This document shows positions 37,070 to 48,244 of a DNA stretch of 64,000 nucleotides, in pieces (the first letter of the stretch is position 1; every line of letters begins with the position of its first letter). The notes beneath the pieces were generated by a model. It made no database searches, was not told the DNA's origin, and was given only the letters and a program-made list of their open reading frames with translations. This DNA comes from an uncultured delta proteobacterium (GTDB lineage Bacteria; Desulfobacterota; RBG-13-43-22): NCBI GenBank assembly GCA_963711835.1, contig CAVQFQ010000022.1:1-64000 (forward strand), written 5' to 3'. The translations under genes were made by a program, and so were the position numbers.

Positions 37070-38378
37070 TTTTCCGAGAGATGCGTTTAACCTGATTCAA
37101 GACTTCCTCCAGGTCGAAGGCCACTATCGACCGATTTCGCATGACTATCCTTCCCCCGACCATGACGGTATGAACATCAGCCCCGGAGGCGCTGTAAACC
37201 AGATTGGAAAAGACATTATAAAGAGGCGTTAAGTGCGGCTTGGCCAGATCAATCAGAATCAGATCGGCCTCTTTGCCTTTTTCCAGGGAACCGATTTTCC
37301 CCCCCTGGCCGATAACCCCGGCTCCATCCAAGGTGGCCATCCGGAACACGGTTCGGGCATCCAAGACCGTCGGGTTTAGATGGTGAACCTTTTCCAGTCG
37401 GGCGGCAGCGGCCATTTCCCCAAAAAGATCCAGGTCATTATTACTGGCACTGCCGTCGGTTCCTAATCCGACCCGGATTCCCTTGGCCTGCAACTCCAGC
37501 ACCGGGGCGATCCCGGAAGCCAGTTTCATATTGCTCTCCGGACAATGGGCCACGGCCGTTCCGGTTTCACTCAGGAGGTCTATTTCCGAGGGGTCCAGGT
37601 GGATGGCGTGGACGGCAACTGTCCGGTCATCCAGAAGGTCGAGCTGATGGAGGTGGCGGACCGGGGTCCTTCCATAGCTTGCCAGTACGGCTGAAACCTC
37701 TTCTCTGGTTTCCGCCAGATGGATATAAAAGGGGAGATTTTTCCGGCGACTGATGGCCTTAACTTTTTTCAGGGTCTCGGGAGAGCAGGTGTAGGCTGAA
37801 TGGCAGAAAAGGCCGGTTTGGATTAGCGGGGAAGCGTTTTGCCAGTCCTCTACGAATCGGACGGCCGACTGGATATTTTGTGAAGGATCAGGGATTCCGG
37901 GAATAGGAAAATCCAAAATACCCGGGCAGAGTAGGGCCCGCATTCCGGATCGTTCCACAGCCTGGGCAACCCGGTCCATAAAGAAGTAGCCGTCGGCAAC
38001 CGTGGTTGTCCCTGACCGGATCATTTCAGCGCAGGCCAGAAGGGTTCCCCAATAGACCGATTCCCGGTCTAAAAAATGGGCTTCGGCCGGAACAATATAT
38101 TTTTCCAGCCAAATTTTCAGGGGTAGATCATCGGCCAAGCCTCGAAAGAGGGTCATGGGGGCATGGCTGTGGGTATTGACCAGACCGGGCAGGACTAAAA
38201 AGCCCTTGGCATCGATAATCTCCTTGACCGGCAGTCTTGCTGTTCCCGGATCATAGGGTCCGACATAGTGAATCAGACCCTCCCGGATGCCGATCATCCC
38301 CCGCTGAATGGGGTCGGGAAATTCAGATGAACCGGTAATTATGAGTCCGTCCTTGATCAGATAGTCCAACATGGGCAT
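37035..38378 (-). CDS. Amidohydrolase, MTA/SAH deaminase-like (paralog 2)
   Basis: [44 protein letters not shown]. Confidence 0.9.
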   Translation of the reverse strand: MPMLDYLIKDGLIITGSSEFPDPIQRGMIGIREGLIHYVGPYDPGTARLPVKEIIDAKGFLVLPGLVNTHSHAPMTLFRGLADDLPLKIWLEKYIVPAEAHFLDRESVYWGTLLACAEMIRSGTTTVADGYFFMDRVAQAVERSGMRALLCPGILDFPIPGIPDPSQNIQSAVRFVEDWQNASPLIQTGLFCHSAYTCSPETLKKVKAISRRKNLPFYIHLAETREEVSAVLASYGRTPVRHLHQLDLLDDRTVAVHAIHLDPSEIDLLSETGTAVAHCPESNMKLASGIAPVLELQAKGIRVGLGTDGSASNNDLDLFGEMAAAARLEKVHHLNPTVLDARTVFRMATLDGAGVIGQGGKIGSLEKGKEADLILIDLAKPHLTPLYNVFSNLVYSASGADVHTVMVGGRIVMRNRSIVAFDLEEVLNQVKRISRKINRSSHGGRSG

Positions 38379-38393
38379 CAGGGAGATGGGCTA

Positions 38394-39737
38394 TTAGGCT
38401 TGGTGGTTATAGCGGAGGATTTCCTGGGCCAGCAGGTTAACCTGCAGTAGAATTGATTTCAGATCCAGGCTCAGTAATTGCCGGTCTTTTACAACCCGTT
38501 GGCCGTTAACAAACACCTGAGTGACATCGGCGCCCCTGGCGGCATAGACCAGCTGAGAGTAGATACTATAGAGGGGTGTTAAATGGGGCTGGTCAAGGTC
38601 CAGAAGGATAAGATCCGCCTTTTTGCCGGGTTCCAGGGAACCGATTTTATCCTCCAGGCCCAGGACCTTGGCGCCCTGGCAGGTGGCCAGACCCAGGACG
38701 GTTCGGGCATCCAGGACCGTAGGATCCAAATGGTGGACCTTGTGAAGTTTGGCCGCGGAATCCATCTCCTGAAAAAGATCCAAGTTGTTGTTGCTGGCGC
38801 AGCCATCGGTCCCCAACCCGACGGTTATTCCCCGCTTAAGCATCTCCACCACCGGGGCCACCCCGGAAGCCAGTTTCATGTTGCTTTCAGGGCAATGGAC
38901 TACCCTGACCCGGGCCTTTTCAAGGAGGTCCAGATCCTTTTCCAAAACCACCACGCAGTGGACCGCAATCAGGTTTGGGGATAATAGGCCCAGGCGGTCC
39001 AGAAACTCAACCGGGGTAGCCTGAAAACGTTCTTGAACGGCTGCCCACTCTGATCGGGTTTCAGCGAGGTGGATCTTCAGGGGAACCTGAAATTCTTCGC
39101 TTAAGGTCAGGGCTGTTCTTAGGAGGTCGGGAGAACAGGTAAAGGGGCTATGGGGTTCGACCGCCACGGAGATCAAAGGGTCGTCTTTAAAATCCTGGAT
39201 AAGCCGGCGGGTATAATCGAAGCCCTTTTCCAGGGGACCGTAATTGGGGGAAGGAAAATCGTACAAGACCTCGCCCACCAAGGCCCGCATTCCGGCTTGG
39301 CGGGCCGCCCGGGCTACCTGGGCCTCAAAGAGATACATATCGCAAAATGAAGTGGTCCCGGAAAGAAGCATTTCAGCACAGGCCAGGAGCGTTCCCCAAT
39401 AGACCCACTCAGCCCTCATCCTTGTTTCAGCCGGGAAAATATGTTTTGTAAGCCAGTCCGTTAAAGGCAGATCATCAGCCAGCCCCCGGAAAAGGGTCAT
39501 AGCGGCATGGGTATGGCTATTGATCAACCCGGGCAGGATCGCCCCCCCCTGGGCGTCGATCACCTCAGCGGCCCTTACTTCCAGGGGAAGGAGGTCTTTT
39601 TCCGGCCCCACAGCCCAAATAGCGTCTTTGTGAATGGCCAAAGCGCCCGGGTGGTAGATCTCCAGGGCTGGATTCATGGTTACCACCAGGCCGTTCTTGA
39701 TAAAAAAATCGATGGAATCGTTCCCGTTTTTTTTCAT
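38394..39737 (-). CDS. mtaD: Amidohydrolase, MTA/SAH deaminase-like (paralog 1)
   Basis: [35 protein letters not shown]. Confidence 0.85.
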   Translation of the reverse strand: MKKNGNDSIDFFIKNGLVVTMNPALEIYHPGALAIHKDAIWAVGPEKDLLPLEVRAAEVIDAQGGAILPGLINSHTHAAMTLFRGLADDLPLTDWLTKHIFPAETRMRAEWVYWGTLLACAEMLLSGTTSFCDMYLFEAQVARAARQAGMRALVGEVLYDFPSPNYGPLEKGFDYTRRLIQDFKDDPLISVAVEPHSPFTCSPDLLRTALTLSEEFQVPLKIHLAETRSEWAAVQERFQATPVEFLDRLGLLSPNLIAVHCVVVLEKDLDLLEKARVRVVHCPESNMKLASGVAPVVEMLKRGITVGLGTDGCASNNNLDLFQEMDSAAKLHKVHHLDPTVLDARTVLGLATCQGAKVLGLEDKIGSLEPGKKADLILLDLDQPHLTPLYSIYSQLVYAARGADVTQVFVNGQRVVKDRQLLSLDLKSILLQVNLLAQEILRYNHQA

Positions 39738-40993
39738 AAAGTTAGTTTGGAGATAACCCCTTTGACTAAATGCCTCAAGGCGGGTTCGGCTTCCTGGGCG
39801 GTCTTGATAATGGCGGCGATGGAAGCCGGTTCCAGACAGTCGGGCAGATTGACATTGGAGATTACCGAGAGGCCCAGGATCCGAAGACCGGATTGAACCG
39901 CTACGATGGCCTCCATAACGGTCGACATGCCGACAGCCTGGGCCCCCAGGGATCGCAGGAAGCGGGTTTCCGCTGGGGTTTCAAGGCTGGGGCCTTTGAC
40001 GCCCAGATAGACCCCTTTCCGCAAGGGTATCCGTTTTCCCAAGGCCACCTTTTCTGTTAGGGCCTGAAGCTCCCGGTCATAGACCTGAGACATATCCGGA
40101 AACCGAGGCCCCCAATCTTCACGGTGGGGACCTATCAGGGGATTTTCTCCGGTAAAATTGATCTGATCGGTCAGCAGCATGATATCGCCGGGACGGAATA
40201 AGGGATCCAGTCCCCCGGCGGCGTTGGATAGGATGATAACCTTAAGGCCCAAGGCTTTCAGAATCCGGATCGGAAAACCGATCTCCCAGGGAGAATACCC
40301 TTCATAAAGATGGAACCGCCCCTGGAGGGCCAGCACGTTTTTACCGGCCAAGGTTCCCCCGATCAAACGTCCTTGATGGGAAGCCACCGTAGAATGGGGG
40401 AAATCGGGCAGGTCCTGATAGGAAATAATCCGGGCTTGACGGATGTGTTCGGCCAGGCCTCCCAGGCCGGTACCTAAAACCAGTCCGATGCCGGCCTCAA
40501 GAGGAATTTTTTTCCTGATAAGCGATAACGTTGTCTGGAAAGAGTCATCCGCTGGCCTTGAGTTCCTGGTTCCTTTATTGGGCGACAGCCTCTGCTTAAA
40601 ATAGTCTTCTAAAATCAGGGCATGGTCAAAAGCCAGAGGGGAGGGGAGGGCCTTTCGGTCAAAGACCCCGATCGTCAAGGCATCGTCCTGGGCCCGGGCT
40701 GTGCCCTTCCCCCGAGCGATAAAAACGGTGCTGATGGTATGGTGGCGGGGATCTCTTCCGGGATTGGAATAGGTCCGGAATTGGCGCAGGCCGGCCAGCG
40801 CGAGCGAGGTCTCCTCTCGGGCCTCCCTGCCGGCGGCCTGCTCCAAGGATTCACCAACCTCCACAAAGCCACCGGGTAAGGCCCAGCCTAAAGGAGGATT
40901 CTTGCGTTTGATCAGGACGATCTTATCCCCTTCCATTTCAATAATGACATCAACCGTGGGCAGGGGGTTCTTATAAAAACGGGCAGCGGACAT
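39734..40993 (-). CDS. Nudix hydrolase - purine nucleoside phosphorylase fusion
   Basis: Nudix box [22 protein letters not shown] plus RDPRHH; then [37 protein letters not shown] of trimeric PNP. Confidence 0.88.
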   Translation of the reverse strand: MSAARFYKNPLPTVDVIIEMEGDKIVLIKRKNPPLGWALPGGFVEVGESLEQAAGREAREETSLALAGLRQFRTYSNPGRDPRHHTISTVFIARGKGTARAQDDALTIGVFDRKALPSPLAFDHALILEDYFKQRLSPNKGTRNSRPADDSFQTTLSLIRKKIPLEAGIGLVLGTGLGGLAEHIRQARIISYQDLPDFPHSTVASHQGRLIGGTLAGKNVLALQGRFHLYEGYSPWEIGFPIRILKALGLKVIILSNAAGGLDPLFRPGDIMLLTDQINFTGENPLIGPHREDWGPRFPDMSQVYDRELQALTEKVALGKRIPLRKGVYLGVKGPSLETPAETRFLRSLGAQAVGMSTVMEAIVAVQSGLRILGLSVISNVNLPDCLEPASIAAIIKTAQEAEPALRHLVKGVISKLTL

Positions 40994-41380
40994 TAGACCT
41001 CTTTTCTTTTAAGCGCAAACTCAGGACACCTTCCCGGACAAATCTCCATTTTGAGAAGGCACCGGCTATTCACCTGGTGGATACAGGAAGGGTAGCTCAA
41101 TCCCGATTCAATAAAATTCTTGCAGGCGATTCCGGCCATTTCCTTTATATTATGATTGACGATATAGCGTTGAGCAACCCAGCCCTTCCGGTCCTGCAGG
41201 GTCAGGCCGAACCGTTCCAACCGTTTTAACCGCTCCAGTGTCCTGTGCCCGATTCGTTTTCTTTCCAGGATCAGGGTGCATAGTTTCTCTTCCTGAGGCG
41301 GATCTGTTTTCCCTATCAGGCAATGTCCCCGTTTATAATGGAGGCAGTTTTTAGCGGATAGTTTTTTGACCTGGGCCATA
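40993..41380 (-). CDS. Cys-rich hypothetical protein
   Basis: CLHY..GHC, C..F, YPSCIH...RC....CPGRC; start uncertain because a repeat element abuts the 5' end. Confidence 0.65.
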
Positions 41381-41420
41381 TCATACGAAGGGAAATATCC
41401 GTATTCATAGTTCTTGGTTC

Positions 41421-41608
41421 GTATCAATTTAGCTTTTTATAAAATTTTTGGCACGGATTTCACGGATTCCTGATGCTTATTTTCCCTTTGGAAGGACGCA
41501 GGGGAAAAATCATACTGCCCTCGAGGGCCGGAAGGCAAGGGATTGGCCACCTTGCCAATCCCTTCTTAACTTAACCGTGTTTATCCGTGAAATCCGTGCC
41601 AAGAAAAT
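41421..41608. repeat. Palindromic element family A, copy 2
   Basis: Same leader and TIRs as 18790-18978, unrelated interior. Confidence 0.85.
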
Positions 41609-42042
41609 TAGCCTGGTAAGCGTTCGATTGGATCTCCGGGTCGAACCAGCCCTCCTTTCAGGATGCGGGCAAAAATGCCTTCCTTGGGCATGACGCAATC
41701 GCCGGCCAGGCGGTAAATGGCACAGCGATCATGGCAGACTTTTCCGATCTGAGTTACCTCCACAACGGCCTCTGTCCCCAGGCGAAGAAGGGTGCCGACC
41801 GGCAAATCAGGAAGAATAAGTCCCTCGGTGGTGATGTTTTCCGCAAAGGAGCCCGGACGGACCTTCAATCCCAATCGGCGCATTTTTTGGATACTTTCCA
41901 TTGCCAGCAGGCTGACCTGGCGATGCCAGTCGCCGCCGTGGGCATCTCCCTCGAGGCCGAAAGCCTCAACTAAGCGCCCTTCAGGGATGTTTTTCTTTGG
42001 GACCCCCTTCAGGTCGCTGGTGGAAACCGCTATAATTTTCAT
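41608..42042 (-). CDS. MOSC domain protein
   Basis: GLEGDAH, RQVSLL, FAENITT, TQIGKVCH, DCVMPKEGIF. Confidence 0.92.
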   Translation of the reverse strand: MKIIAVSTSDLKGVPKKNIPEGRLVEAFGLEGDAHGGDWHRQVSLLAMESIQKMRRLGLKVRPGSFAENITTEGLILPDLPVGTLLRLGTEAVVEVTQIGKVCHDRCAIYRLAGDCVMPKEGIFARILKGGLVRPGDPIERLPG

Positions 42043-42043
42043 A

Positions 42044-42310
42044 TCAGATTTTTTCACGCCAGAGTTCGAAGACGACTACATTATCCGGATCAGGGCAGGC
42101 TACCTGCAGTCGATCGGGATCCTTGGACCAGGGGAATCCCCCGCCGAATTTCAGGACCGTATAGAAAGGGAAAATGGTATGCTGAACCCACTGGCAGACA
42201 GGGGAACCCAGCTCGTCGAAGGCAAAGACATCTCCGATCTTGTGTCCGTAAGAACAAACCCCTTTCCCCCGAATTTCAATAATTTTACCTTTGACTGTGT
42301 ACTCGGCCAT
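42044..42310 (-). CDS. TIGR04076-like small Cys protein
   Basis: G.C..GHKIGD.F, VC.W, GG.FPW, CPDP.N.VVFEL. Confidence 0.75.
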   Translation of the reverse strand: MAEYTVKGKIIEIRGKGVCSYGHKIGDVFAFDELGSPVCQWVQHTIFPFYTVLKFGGGFPWSKDPDRLQVACPDPDNVVVFELWREKI

Positions 42311-42713
42311 AAAGGGTCCTTTCCCGAACCAAGCGTTAAAAGATCGTAAAATTGTAGGGGTTAAACTTTAATTGTCAAGATATTTTGTCATATTTCTGGG
42401 AGGGGAGGGATTCATTTTTTTATTGCAAAATCTTCCGGGCTGGTTTAGTTTTTATCCTTAATAGGTGTGAGAATTTTACCTGAAACAGAGAGGTTTTTGA
42501 ATTATCCCTTTCCTTCATCCAAAAATGCCCTTTCATGAAACCGGAACAGGGTGCCATCGTCAATAAAATCTTCCCGGTCGGCGCTCAGACAGGGCTCGCG
42601 GCCGTGATTTTCCTTTTACCATCGTTCGTTCCAGTCAACCGCAGCCGCCCGCTTAACCGGGGTATCGGTACGGCTGGCCCAACCCAATAGGCTTTAATTT
42701 TTCGGGTGTTGAA

Positions 42714-43223
42714 ATGGATTCAAGATGTTCCCCCTTCAGAAAAACCAGCCGGATTTCGAAAGATCAGGGCGGATTTTCCATGATCGAACTGATTATGGTT
42801 CTGGTCATCGTCGGGATTCTGGCGGCCGTTACGGTTATTCTGAGCTTAGGAGATAATAGCATTAGGGCCATTGCCGAGGCCAGCGCCCTGAAAAACAATT
42901 TAAGGTTTACCCAATCAAAAGGCATGAGCGATCTTCGTGGAACCATCTGGAGCCTGAATATAACCGCCAACGGCTACAGCATCCAACGAAACGGCGCCGC
43001 CCCCATCCCGGCGGTTAACCTGCCGGGCAGTGATCCGGCCAATCCCGCTGCCTATAGCCTGCCTTCCGGGGTGTCCGTTAGCGGAGGGACCGGGCAGGTT
43101 CGATTCGATTTTCGCGGTCGGCCAATAGATAATCTGGGGAGTCCTTTAAACGCCGATCTCATGATTACGGTCTCTGGGGCCCCGGCCATCACCGTCACCC
43201 GAACCACAGGGTTCATTCCATGA
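42714..43223 (+). CDS. Minor pilin (MshC/FimT/GspH-like)
   Basis: GG/FSMIELIMVLVIVGILA; FDFRGRP near the C-terminus. Confidence 0.85.
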   Translation: MDSRCSPFRKTSRISKDQGGFSMIELIMVLVIVGILAAVTVILSLGDNSIRAIAEASALKNNLRFTQSKGMSDLRGTIWSLNITANGYSIQRNGAAPIPAVNLPGSDPANPAAYSLPSGVSVSGGTGQVRFDFRGRPIDNLGSPLNADLMITVSGAPAITVTRTTGFIP

Positions 43224-43663
43224 TGCCGACGATCAAGAAAAAAAACAGGGGGTTCACTTTTTTGGAGATTTTGATCACGGTTTTATTGATCGGAATGGTG
43301 GTGGCCTGGATGATCCCTAACTTCTGGTCCCAGATCGTTCATCCCACCAGCGGAATTCTGCCCAGCCTCTTGCCGGCTGAAAACCTCAGGGCTGCCGCAG
43401 AATTGCAGGCCATCATGGAAAATATGAATGCCCGCTATCTGGCGATCAGCCCCAAGACCTCCACCGCCTTAGAGACCTTTCAGGGAGATATCAACAGCAA
43501 TACCTATAATTTTGGAACCTACACGGTCCTGGAAAATGCCTTTATCCGCTTCAGCAGCGGAACGGAAGCAGCGGATACCAGCGGGGCGCATACCATTCTC
43601 AAGGTCACCATCACTAATAGCAACGGGGGGACCTTGACCCAGCTTTTTACAGACCAGGATTAA
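43220..43663 (+). CDS. Minor pilin (MshD/PilV-like)
   Basis: RG/FTFLEILITVLLIG. Confidence 0.85.
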   Translation: MMPTIKKKNRGFTFLEILITVLLIGMVVAWMIPNFWSQIVHPTSGILPSLLPAENLRAAAELQAIMENMNARYLAISPKTSTALETFQGDINSNTYNFGTYTVLENAFIRFSSGTEAADTSGAHTILKVTITNSNGGTLTQLFTDQD

Positions 43664-43678
43664 GAATCAGCAACCGGC

Positions 43679-44169
43679 ATGAAACGATTGAGAAGCCGCT
43701 CGGATTCACTTTAATAGAATTAATCGGCTCTATTGTAATTTTGGGCTTGCTGTCCCTCATCGGGACCCTGGGTATAATAAATGTGATCGACGGCTATCGG
43801 TTTGCCGCCAACAATGCCGAGCTGTCTCAGAAGGCCGAGACGGCCCTGATGCGGATGACGATTGAATTAAGCTACCTGGTGACAAACGGCATCCTTTCGG
43901 GAACGGCAACTTCGATTAATTACCGCTCCGATTTTGGTTCCGGTAATGAGGACCACACCCTTTCTCTGTCCGGTTCCCAGATCCAGTTGGACACCATTAC
44001 CTTGACCGACCTGGTGGATGTCAATGGCTTCCAACTGCTATATTACGCATCCGATGGGGTCACCCAGGTCAGCCCGACCAGCGCCAAAATCATCGGGATT
44101 TCCTTGACCCTCAGGGGCGCCAATAATTTAACCCGGGTTTTTAATACCCGGGTAGCCTTACGGAGTTAA
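43679..44169 (+). CDS. Minor pilin (MshO/PilW-like), frameshift near 43685-43700
   Basis: LG/FTLIELIGSIVILG lies in the 43741 frame but the nearest ATG (43679) is out of frame. Confidence 0.75.
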
Positions 44170-44299
44170 TTTATCAGGGCTTGTTAGCGGCAGTGGGGGG
44201 GAAGGGGCTATGTATTGGGATCCTTGTAGATAAATATCATTTTTTCAAATAACCTAACTGTTACAAGTTTTCAATCTGACCATCTTGGAGGTTGACCCA

Positions 44300-45977
44300 A
44301 TGATGTCCCCAAGGACCAGACTCTTCAATACCAAGGGATTCAGTTTCATCTATGTAATCTTCGTTATGATCCTTCTGGGGGGACTGGGGGCGGCGGTGTA
44401 TACCATTACCACCAGTTCCAGTTATACGGCCTTAAGCGAACCCAGCAGGAATCGGGCTTACCAAGTGGCCCTGGCCGGACTAAATTATGTCGGACAACGG
44501 CTTAAGGCCGGCACGGTCTTAACCACCTTAAACGGACAGACCTATACCCTGGGTAAGTAATCGCGGCCAGTTTACTCTAACCGTTACTGCGTCGGGACTC
44601 AATTCCCTGGTAACCTCGGTTGGAACGGTGAACAGTACCGACGGCAATTTACTGGCCAGGGTTCAGTTATCTAAACTGTATCCTCCCTTAGGCCCCCCCA
44701 CGAATCAGGAAGTCCTGAAGACCACTTTTACAAACTTACAGGCCTTCGAACCCAACAGTCTAAAAGATGCTGCCAACCATCGGATGATCCGGATTGGGGA
44801 ATATGTGGCCACCGGCGGTCTTCACTTGTACTGGGCCGCTTTTACCGATTTGGGGACCTATCCCCGCCCTGATGCCGATAACCCCGGCTGCAACATGGGC
44901 TTTCATGTGGGGAAAATGCACGAAAATTTTGTCCAGCAGCTCCGCCATTCCTGGAGAGATTATGGCTATGTCAATTACGACGTCCAGGTCAAGAACGGCT
45001 GGTATAAAGACCTACCGGCGGCCGTTTCCGGGCTCAATTTCCGCTGGCATGAGGTGCCCCTTAACTCCGGCCTCTACGAGGGCTACGGGCTGGCCTTTAT
45101 GCGTTATACCTATGACCAGGCCGGCTGCGGAGCCGGGTATGACTATATTCCCAACAGCATCAAGCCACCGGGGATGGCCAACAGACTGCTGCTGATCCTT
45201 TGGGAACAGCGGGTGGAAGGCGGGGCGGAACACCGGCGCTGGCTGGCCTATGCCGACCTGGGCACCCCGGCCTCGTGGCCCAATCCCCGCTCCGGAAATG
45301 ACCTGAAGGTCGTTGGGGCCCAGGATAATGTAGACGGCCTGTTGAACGATGACTCCATTTTAATCGCCCGGGTCAAGGAAAAATTCGTCCAGGGACAGCG
45401 GATTAACGAAATCTCGGTTTTTTATGGGGACGCTTCTCCCTATTACAATGCTTCCGCCCAGCGGACGCCGGGTTCAGTCTGTACCGATGTCAACCGGAAA
45501 AGGATGGTACCCGAATGGGTCGATTCAAATCTGTTCCCAACCTGGCCGTCCAATAAATTAGGGTTATTTGCCTATACCGATCTCGGGATACCCTACAGCA
45601 TTACTAATTTCTGGTTCCCGGATCCCTCCCGGACCAGCGATCCCACCTATTATGACTTTTTCACCTTACCCAGTTGTTCCTCCAAGATCGGGCCGGAACC
45701 GCCTTCGACTATACCGTTTTTAAATCCGGTGCCCTGGATCATCAATCCCGCTTTTACCGATCCGAACCCCGACCCCTACGTCAATCCCTCCAATCTCAAT
45801 CTGGTAAAAATGCTTTCCGACAAGGCCAGCCTGCGCACCTATAAGTTTATCCTGTCCGATTTTGACGCTCAAGCCCCGGAAGTGGGTCTCCATGGCATGG
45901 GTAATCTGAATGATTCCAACCGGGTAGTGGCCTTTGACGACTGGGCTGTTCAAATCTTGGGACTGTCTGAATTATAA
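44300..45977 (+). CDS. PilX/MshP-like pilin with a large C-terminal domain, +1 frameshift near 44556
   Basis: KG/FSFIYVIFVM (no E5), RAYQVALAGL; reading continues NRGQFTLTVTASG into the 44628 ORF. Confidence 0.75.
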
Positions 45978-45989
45978 GGAGATCTGAAT

Positions 45990-46358
45990 ATGAATCGATT
46001 TCTAAGGGTTTTTTCAATTTTAATCGCGGCCATTTTCCTTTCAACCTCGATCAGCCTGGCCTTTGTCTCCCCGGCGGATTACGAAAAAATCAAAAAGGCC
46101 AAAAAAGACAAGACCGTTCAACTGGAAAAGAAAAAAAAGATCGCCGGACCGGTTAGAGCCGGCCCCTTCCGAGGGTTTCGGGGTGGGTTTTTCCGGCCTC
46201 TCCTCGGCCAGATAACAGCCATTGATTCCAAACACTTGAACCCTTACAATCGCGTGGAATCCTTGACCCCTTTCTCCCAACTTGTTGGGAGAAAAGCCAT
46301 AAGAATTGTCTTGGTTGGAAATTATTTTCAAAGAGCCCAAATTTATATTGAAAAATGA
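45990..46358 (+). CDS. Hypothetical secreted protein (C-terminal half doubtful)
   Basis: AGGAG RBS, signal peptide ending SLA. Confidence 0.45.
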   Translation: MNRFLRVFSILIAAIFLSTSISLAFVSPADYEKIKKAKKDKTVQLEKKKKIAGPVRAGPFRGFRGGFFRPLLGQITAIDSKHLNPYNRVESLTPFSQLVGRKAIRIVLVGNYFQRAQIYIEK

Positions 46359-46444
46359 TTTTAATCCATATATATAGTAAGGTACAAATAAGAAACCACT
46401 ATATAATGTAGTCAAATCTTCTTTCCGCATAGGAATCAGGCTCT

Positions 46445-48223
46445 ATGTCCACCAAAAATGACCTCTGGGTTGGTTTGGATATCGGTACCCAGTCTGTCAA
46501 ATTGGTTGCCTTTGAAAAAAAACGAACCAGGTGGATATTAAAGGATTTTCGGGTTCAAACCTTCCCCCTGGGTGAAGAAGGGGAACCTTCCCGCTATGAA
46601 GATTGGCTGGCAGAAAACCTTCGCAGCTTAGTAGCCCAAATCGGTTTGGGAGGCTGCCGGGTCAGCAATACCCTCTCCGGAACCCAGGTGGCCCTCCGAA
46701 AACTGGTATTTCCCGCCATGCCTCTCGAAGAAATAAAAGAGGCTGCCCGCTGGCAGGGAAAGACGGCCTTCCCTTTCCCCCTCGATGAAGCCATCCTCGA
46801 TGCCTATTCCTTAGGCCCAATCAAAAAAAATGAGGAGGCCAAGCAGGAGGTTTTGGTAGCCGCCGCTCAGCGCAACCTCATCAATCAGAGACTGGCCCTC
46901 CTTCAGGCCTCCAATTTGCGTCCCTCCTGTTTAACCTTGATCCCGATGGGATTAAAGCGGTCTTACCTTTTATCCTCATCCCGGGTAACCGAAGAATCAG
47001 TGGCTCTGCTTGATATTGGCGCCCAGACCACGACCATTGCCATGGTCCAGAAGGATGAGCTGGTCTTCTCCCGGGAGGTGGGACTGGGAGGGATGGATTT
47101 TACTCAAGCCGTTATTGATCTCTCCAGAGATCTGAAACCAGGGTTTCCCCTGGAAGTCCCGGATGCCGAAAAAATAAAATTTCAGCACGGCGTTCAGGTG
47201 ATGCGCTTTCCTCATCCGAGGAAGAGGTCGACAATCAAGGCCTCCCCCTCTGCGGCGCTTCATCGATCTATGTCTCCGGTCCTGGAACGCCTCCTTTTGG
47301 AAATTGACCGGTCTTTCAGTTATTTTAAAACCCAGGTGGAAGAGGCCTCCATTGATCGTATTTTTCTTTCCGGTGGAGGCTCCCTGCTGAAAGGGCTGCC
47401 GGAGGCCATCCGGAAAACGTTTAATCTCCCGGTCGAACAGTACAACCTCTTGAATACCCTGGAGGTGGATACGGGGGTTGATCGAAAACTGCTCGAAGCA
47501 TCCATACCCTTCCTGACTATTGCCATTGGGGTGGCCGTTGAAGAAAGGCCCCTCCTTAATCTGCTTCCCCTGGAAAAGAAAGGCCGTTTTCCTATCCTGG
47601 GGGAGAATCAGAAAAAAATCCTGGCGTTTGGCGCCTTGGGTCTCCTGTTTTTCGGGTATTTAGGCCAGCAATATTTTTCTGCGAGCTCGGAATTAAGGAA
47701 ACTGGAAAAAAAGGTCGCCCTTCGCCAACAGGAAATAAACCGGATGGAAGTCTCCAAAAAAGATCTGGAAAATTTAAAATGGAGGCAGGATCAACTGGAT
47801 CAGCAGTTGACGGCCTACCCGCCGACCATGATTGAAAGGATGCCGGCCCAGGAAGTCCTGCTGGAGATCGGCCACCGGCTTTCCCCCAACATGACCTTGA
47901 CCAGTTTTTCCCTGATTTCCGCCCCAGAGCCGGTTGCGGAAAAAGGCGGCGAACAGAAGGCCCCGGCCAGCCCGAATTCCGTCCAGCCCGGGAAGCCCGG
48001 CTTGGGATTAAAGATCAAGGCCAAACAGGAAAGGCAGCTCCTTTTAAAGGGCATCGTTTTCGGACCTGGAGACCAGATCCTGAAAGCCTTGGACGATTTT
48101 AGCCGCGGCCTGGAACAGGTCTCTTATATTACGCAGGTGCGCCTGGAAGAGATTAAGAAAAATGAATTATTCGGGGCCTTATCAGCCCAGGATTTTCAAA
48201 TGATTATTCGTCTGAATCTCTAA
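46445..48223 (+). CDS. PilM-PilN fusion (MshI-like pilus assembly protein)
   Basis: VGLDIGTQSVK, LLDIGAQTT, LSGGGS actin-like motifs; then LNLLP, TM helix and coiled coil. Confidence 0.85.
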   Translation: MSTKNDLWVGLDIGTQSVKLVAFEKKRTRWILKDFRVQTFPLGEEGEPSRYEDWLAENLRSLVAQIGLGGCRVSNTLSGTQVALRKLVFPAMPLEEIKEAARWQGKTAFPFPLDEAILDAYSLGPIKKNEEAKQEVLVAAAQRNLINQRLALLQASNLRPSCLTLIPMGLKRSYLLSSSRVTEESVALLDIGAQTTTIAMVQKDELVFSREVGLGGMDFTQAVIDLSRDLKPGFPLEVPDAEKIKFQHGVQVMRFPHPRKRSTIKASPSAALHRSMSPVLERLLLEIDRSFSYFKTQVEEASIDRIFLSGGGSLLKGLPEAIRKTFNLPVEQYNLLNTLEVDTGVDRKLLEASIPFLTIAIGVAVEERPLLNLLPLEKKGRFPILGENQKKILAFGALGLLFFGYLGQQYFSASSELRKLEKKVALRQQEINRMEVSKKDLENLKWRQDQLDQQLTAYPPTMIERMPAQEVLLEIGHRLSPNMTLTSFSLISAPEPVAEKGGEQKAPASPNSVQPGKPGLGLKIKAKQERQLLLKGIVFGPGDQILKALDDFSRGLEQVSYITQVRLEEIKKNELFGALSAQDFQMIIRLNL

Positions 48224-48244
48224 CCCCCGGGACTGGAATAAAAA

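Noticed and set aside
42540-42700. Possible c-di-GMP riboswitch in the pilin operon leader
   Set aside because: No GGxAAA / GNRA / GACGCAAAGC consensus found
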